Positions 36,371 to 42,292 of a stretch of 42,292 nucleotides of DNA are shown here, one piece after another. Below the pieces are notes generated by a model. The model was not told the origin of the DNA. It saw only the letters and a list, made by a program, of their open reading frames with translations, and ran no database searches. How positions within the stretch are numbered: the stretch's first letter is position 1; each line of letters opens with the position of its first letter. Source of the stretch: Octopus bimaculoides (lineage: Eukaryota). Location: positions 18,310,242 to 18,352,533 of the forward strand of contig NC_068989.1 in assembly GCF_001194135.2 (NCBI RefSeq), given 5' to 3'. The position numbers and the translations under genes are program-made.

Positions 36371-36694
36371 GGAGGGCTCGTGACTTAATGGCAATGGTAT
36401 TCGGCTCACGGTTGTAAGGTAGTGAGTTCGATTCCCAATGGTGCGTTGTATCCTTGAGCGAGACTATTTATCATTACCCCTCTCCACTCAGCTGGCAAAA
36501 ATGAGTTGTACCTGTAGTTTAATGGAACGGTCTCGTATCATTCAGTGTGTCAGGCTGAATATCCCCGAGAACTACGTTACGGATACGAGTGTCTGTGGAG
36601 TGCTCAACCACTTGCAAGTTAATTTCACGAGCAGACTGTTCCATTGATTGGATCAACTGGAACAATCGTCTTCGTAACCAACAGAGAGCCAAAC
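36371..36694 (+). mobile_element. Older SINE with family A 3' half but a different tRNA/CORE-like head
   Basis: Head GTGAGTTCGATTCCC..CCTTGAGCGAGAC..CCACTCAGCTGGCAAAAATGAG is joined to GCTGAATATCCCCGAGAACTACG...GGATCAACTGGAAC. Confidence 0.8.
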
Positions 36695-37599
36695 CAGAGC
36701 TGGATGCATACCCCATGCTTGGAATGCTTTTAATTATAAATTTACTTCAATAGCGGTGGCCTAGAACTAAGCAACAACAATATGAAGAGAAACAGTAGAA
36801 AAAGCAAAAACAAACACAAGGAAAGACATATCGACTAAAATATAGTAATTCTGAAATTAAAAACAGTATACTTCCGACTGGAACGTCTTTGAGCATAATT
36901 ATGTTCTATCAGGGCTGACCTGGGGTTAAATAACAACAGTGATAACAAGAGTAAAATTGATAATTTGTTGATGTTGTATCCACACTCCTGCCAATATATA
37001 TATAAAAAAAAAACAAGAGCTCGTGTGTAAGGCACGGTCACTCAACCTGCTACAAATAGCAGCCAAATTACTTTTAAATCAAATTCTACAGTCTAAAGAA
37101 AAATTAGGAAGCTCTATAGCTCAAGCAATACAAAAAGATGCAACGGTCATGGTTGGAAAGACTTTGATCATCGGTGTACTCGATCAGGACTCATCTGGAT
37201 TGAAAGAAAAATTTCTGTGGTATCTAAGTACGGATCTTTGCATTCTGGGTTCAAATCCTACTGGACTAGTTTCAGTTCTGTATTGATAACTTATCAGCAA
37301 CACTCCATCCTCATCTATATTCATCCAAGACTAATGATTCACTTCGTCGTTAATAAGTTTCTCAATTTGTATGATCTTTCAGGCGACAAGTATATGCACA
37401 TTAATATAAATACGCACTCAATCATGCATGCATCACACACGCATGCACAAACACACACACACACACACACACACAAACAAACATATGCATATTATAACGT
37501 GTCTTTGTATATGACTATACATCTGTGTTACGCGTGCATAAATTGTGTGTGCATGTGTATGTGAGTGTGTGCATGTATGTGTGCGTGCATATATATATA

Positions 37600-37775
37600 T
37601 ATATTTTTTTTTCTCCGTGTTTTTCTCCTTGTCTCCGTATTCTTTCTGTTGAAGAGCGTAGCTCGAAACGTCAAAGACTTTCCGTATTCCCGAGCGTCAT
37701 ACTAATATATACTTTTGTTATTTACACCACCTGTCCTCGTCTGTTGTTATTATTTGTATATTCTCCCATATATAT
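37600..37775 (+). mobile_element. Penelope-type terminal-repeat remnant embedded in (TA)n
   Basis: Contains a hammerhead-like fold; TA tracts on both sides. Confidence 0.55.
37641..37677 (+). ncRNA. Minimal type I hammerhead ribozyme-like motif (CUGUUGA core)
   Basis: TCTTT-CTGTTGA-A-GAGC(gta)GCTC-GAAA-CGT-C-AAAGA: 5-bp stem I, 4-bp stem II, palindromic ACGT stem III and a GUC triplet; A6 is mutated to U. Confidence 0.65.
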
Positions 37776-38549
37776 ATTTATATATATATATATANNNNNN
37801 NNNNNNNNNNNNNNNNNNNNNNNNNNNNNNNNNNNNNNNNNNNNNNNNNNNNNNNNNNNNNNNNNNNNNNNNNNNNNNNNNNNNNNNNNNNNNNNNTATG
37901 TACTCCTTAAATTAAACCACACCTATATTTTCGTCAGCTATTTCTGTATGATATCGCTTTTTTTTTTTCTCTCGCCGTTCAAATGTCAAATTGATTTTAA
38001 TCTATCGCCCAAAGTTAATCAGATATTAATAACTTTCAAGCCATATCATATGTAGCCCAGAGGTGACTTAGTGCAGCGATCACTTATCTGATAAAAACTC
38101 GTCTAAATAAGTACGAAATAGCTAAATCTGTTTGACTCATACATGGCAAAACATATGTTTAATTATTCATTTATTTATTTTTGTTCATTTTTCTAGTTTC
38201 TTTTTTATTATTTCAATTTACGTTTAACTTAAGGAGAGGAGGCGGTACCTGTAGCCTTTGCAAATTCTCTGTTCAGTGGTTCTAATTCCGTTTGATTTCG
38301 TGGCACACAGAAGATCAAACAAAAAGTGTACTTTTGCATGGAAAATTTAAAATTGCTTTTTGCTTTGTTTAAAGTTAGAAATTTCTTTAATAAAAAGAAG
38401 ATAAGAAACTAGTAATAGTCTTGTGCTTTCCCACAAAAAAAAAAATTACAAAGCAGCGTTGGTTTACCGTTACCCAGAGAGGAACAGAGTGTCCTTGATT
38501 GGAAAAGCGATAAATTGCTACCAAAATTATCGTTGCGGTCAATACTAAT

Positions 38550-38768
38550 AATTCCTTCTAATTCTTGGTACTAGGCCAACAATTTTGAGGGGAGAAGTAT
38601 GTCAAATTCATCGGGCCCCACGGCTCGACTGGTCCTTATTTTATTGACAGCGAAAGGATGAAAGGTAAAGTCGACCTCGATGACAGTTGAACCCAGAACG
38701 TAAAACCGGAAGAAATACCGCTTAGCAGTTTGTCCTGCATGCTTACGATTCTGCAAGCTCACAGCCTT
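38550..38768 (-). mobile_element. SINE family C, diverged full-length copy
   Basis: Reverse complement is colinear with 14791-15010. Confidence 0.82.
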
Positions 38769-39795
38769 ATTAATAATACTAATAATCCTAATAAAACTAA
38801 TTGTGCTATAAAATACTAACAGCACTAATAGCGCCAGTGATACTAACGGTGCTAAATAGTTAACTTTTTAAACTTCTGTTGGTTGAGCTATGAAGAGGAA
38901 ATGTGGGGGAGCAGATTGTTTCTAAAGGTAGTGATGCACTTATGGGGAAAATGATTTAACAAATATTTATAGTGTGCAGTGACACATAGATGATAAGAGG
39001 AGAAAGGATGAGCTGAAAGGACCAAGATTCTAGTTGTACACCAGTTGAAATGAAAAAGAACCTTTAAATCAAAGGTAGAAGAGAAAGAGATGGGATATAT
39101 GTCCGTGTGTGAGTGAAGATTTAACAACGAATTAGATGGTGTTATCTTAGATGTTTGTAATACAGACATCTAAAGTAACAGTTAACCCTGTTGAGTTGCA
39201 GTTAATCCGTCCCTGATAAATGGGTAGTATTTTAGGCTAGGACCCTTTTTTCCTTGCCTAAGATCTGCGGGTAATATGAGCGAATTTAATTTCTCATTTT
39301 GCCTAGCCTTTGTAACACGGTTTTAGTGACGTAATAGATATATATTCGTCATGTTCCTTGAAAAGAAATGAATATTTAGTATCACATTCAACCTTCACTG
39401 AAATATATAACTACAAGGTTATTAGAGAGATACAGAGATTCGTGTTTCTGTGTTCAAATCTAGAGTAACTCATCACAGCGAGATTGATTATAATCAATAA
39501 CATTTAGAGGGGGATAAACTTTTCTTCTAACTATGGCTTATGGTCTAAGAAAGAATTTCAGCGACGTATCAGGCTAAAATTAGGTTAAAATTTTATGAAT
39601 ATGAACAAATTGTGAGGATGGTTAGTTGACTATTTAATTCAACACTCTCTATGTTCTCAGTTTAAATCCGAGTGGGGTCCCACTGGGCTCCTTATCGTTA
39701 TGGTCTCGATAAAAATTAAGTGGCATATCGGATTCAATACTATTTCCTCTTCCGCCCCATGCAGATATTGGCCATCTAATGAAAGTAAGAAGACA

Positions 39796-39838
<43 letters not shown>

Positions 39839-40169
39839 AGCAGAATAATTATGAGTATTTATTGGTCAGTTCAATTTATTGTGCCTACGTGACACTTTGG
39901 GTTACACAGCTGTTTAGCCCTAAATCAGCGTTGTTGGAGAAGACCTTTACTCAAAAAATGTCCCAGCTGTAACCGATATACCCACTTTTTAAGACAAAAG
40001 GATGTGATTTTAAGGAGATTTGGTTGCTATTTATATATTAGGTCGACCGACTGCGTTATGGCTCCGTCGTTAGTTTGCTGGTTAAATTTGGGTTAAGGGC
40101 AACAAACTATAAAAATATTTGGGGAATAAATACTATAGGTTAGAGTATGTATTCCAGAAGCCATTAGAG

Positions 40170-40513
40170 CAGGGGTTCTCAAACTTTTTTTTTTATCTAT
40201 GAACCCCTTTGATTACTATTTTATTCTAGTGGACCCCGCTCATATATCCATTCGATGTTTAACAACTAGTTTTATAGAAACTTCTTTCAAAATTCCTTTT
40301 TTTTTTACACACATTAACTGGTGTTGGTTGAACAATGTAAAATGTTAGAGAAAGAAACCTAGCTGTTTCTTGCAGCACATACATCTAAAGCAAAAGTTTT
40401 TAGGGACCCTTAAAATATTATTGTGGATCCCCAATTTACTATTTTGTTGCGTGGACCCCACAAAATCTTATAAGGACCTTCAAGGGCCATATAGACCTTG
40501 ACTGAGAATCCTG
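40170..40513. mobile_element. Non-autonomous hAT (Charlie-like) element
   Basis: Termini CAGGGGTTCTCAA...CTGAGAATCCTG; 8-bp TSD CATTAGAG / CATCAGAG (7 of 8 match), resembling the Charlie NTCTAGAN target. Confidence 0.85.
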
Positions 40514-41054
40514 CATCAGAGAATATGTACCGACTGGGAGATGTAGAGATGTGAATAAATAGATTTTCCTGGAGTATTTATCCCAGTGATCAAAGAAGCA
40601 TCTGTGGTGACTGAATAATGTAAAGATGTGAATAGTTTGTTACGATGGAGCAGGAATTGTTTAATGAAGAACAAACCTTGCTAAAGCAAAATGTTATCTG
40701 CTATCAATGTTTTGATATTAATTCCATCATTCTTGATATAGGTTGTAATCTCATCCCTGGTTTTCAAAATGCGAGAAAAGAAGTGAAACTTGTGATTGTA
40801 ACCCTTCTTTAATTTAACTGAAAAAATACATAGCAAAATAGAAAAACAAAAAAAAAATCACGTATCCAAAAAGTTCTTTCTTTTAACATTGATATGATGT
40901 AAAAAGATATGGTAAAAACAGAGTTATTTTTGTCGAAATATAAATCATAAATATGAGAGTTGTCAGCCATCAGGACTTGCCGGAAATATGATAGAAGTGA
41001 ATACGAAGATACACTGTTTGGATTTTCTTAGCATATTTCCGGTAAGTCCTTCGG

Positions 41055-41652
41055 TGACGGGGCACGGAATGGCAGAAACGTTAAAGTAACGGACAAAAAA
41101 ATACCTTAGAGATATCTAGTTACAACACTTTACATCCTGAATTCAACTCTCGTTGAAATTAACTTTACCTTTTACCCTCCAGGGGTCGATAAAATAGAGC
41201 TGGCCATGTATCTAAATCAAAAATTATTATTTTTAATGTAGATTAAAGTAGGCTACAGTAATAGTAGAGCATCGAACAGTGTGCCATGCAAGTATTTAGA
41301 AATTATTATTGCTTTGCAGTGTTTGTTCCGACTCGATACAATCGGAGTTAAAATCCCGTTTTTCATCCCAGCACCCGGGACGAAATAAAATGCCAGTTAA
41401 GTACTGGGTTAATTTAATCGAGTAACTCCCTACCCGATCGTGACTAGCAGAATCGTTAGAGCTTCCGAAAAAAAATACTTTGCGTTATACGTTGCGGGTT
41501 TTTGCATTCTGAGTTCAAATTCCAAAGATGTGAACTTTGCATTTCATTCCTTTGGAGTCGACAAAATTACGTAACCGATAAGTATAGTAGTTGATAGTAT
41601 CACCCTACTGCATCCTCTCAAATATTGCTGGTCTTTGCCCAAATTAGAAACC
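41055..41652 (+). mobile_element. Cluster of three old SINE C copies or fragments (~41055-41200, ~41305-41435, ~41442-41652)
   Basis: GGCAGAAACGTTA, CTGAGTTCAAATTCC, GGGGTCGATAAAA and CAAATTAGAAACC motifs. Confidence 0.65.
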
Positions 41653-41695
41653 TTCATTTATTTTGATAAAATAAGTCTCAATCTTGTACTAAATT

Positions 41696-41803
41696 CTCGT
41701 GGTTAAGATGTTAGTTTCGTAACAATGTGGTTCCGGATTCGATCCTACTATGTGGCACCTTTCTCCAAGTGACTTTCACTATAGCCTCAGGTCAACCAAA
41801 CTG
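41696..41803 (+). mobile_element. Diverged SINE B head
   Basis: GTGGTTAAG..GGTTCCGGATTCGATCC..GTGGCACCTT..CAAGTG..ACTATAGCCTCAGGTCAACCAAA. Confidence 0.65.
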
Positions 41804-42233
41804 CAACTTAGAGTTGAATTCGGTAAGACTGTGCATATTCACCTAACCTTGTCAACAGAATTAAGGCGAATGGAGGATTAAAGCAATAATTTTACTCTTT
41901 ATTGCGGCAACTCCATTAAATTCTCAACAGATCTTTAGATTGTTTATATAATTCTCACCAAGTTCTCTGTTTTCCATTTCCTTTTCCCACAAAAAAAAAA
42001 ATCAGCTGACCTTTTGTCTGTAGCCGGCACTTTCCCACTAACTTTGTTTTCTGTGTTCAATAACTCGAAGCGTTGCACTTTCAGTGTCACCTGATTAGTG
42101 TCGACTGACCAGAGGACAACCAGTCGGTGTTGCATAAAAGCGAACTTCAAAATTCACAATGCCTGTCCCCCGATACTAAAGCTGGGAACGGAAAACACTG
42201 AGAAGCCACAACCGCAAACTTAATCTTGAATAT

Positions 42234-42269
<36 letters not shown>

Positions 42270-42292
42270 ATATGTATGCATATATATATATA

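Noticed and set aside
41944-42150. 68-aa minus-strand ORF as possible exon
   Set aside because: No homology recognised, and the candidate splice sites are weak.

Overview
Eukaryotic, AT-rich, microsatellite-dense, gappy scaffold window (14 N-runs, about 5.1 kb or 12%). The repeat repertoire looks like an octopod cephalopod (Octopus-like); this is pattern recognition, not a database result. I find no supportable host protein-coding exon, rRNA, true tRNA or CRISPR, and the ORF track mostly reflects N-runs and (CA)n/(TA)n/(CT)n. The window reads as intronic or intergenic and is dominated by mobile elements. These include several tRNA-derived SINE families (my labels A, B/D, C, E, plus a CAA-tailed family G), with three family A copies keeping perfect 11-14 bp TSDs. 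There are also decayed L1-Tx1, RTE and Penelope-like retroelement ends, Tigger/pogo and mariner transposase remnants, and several MITEs. Two observations stand out. First, minimal type I hammerhead-ribozyme folds recur in Penelope-type terminal-repeat remnants, with non-canonical cores (CCGAUGA, CUGUUGA). Second, one SINE copy has its Pol III B-box region amplified into a higher-order array of 10 B-box-like motifs.
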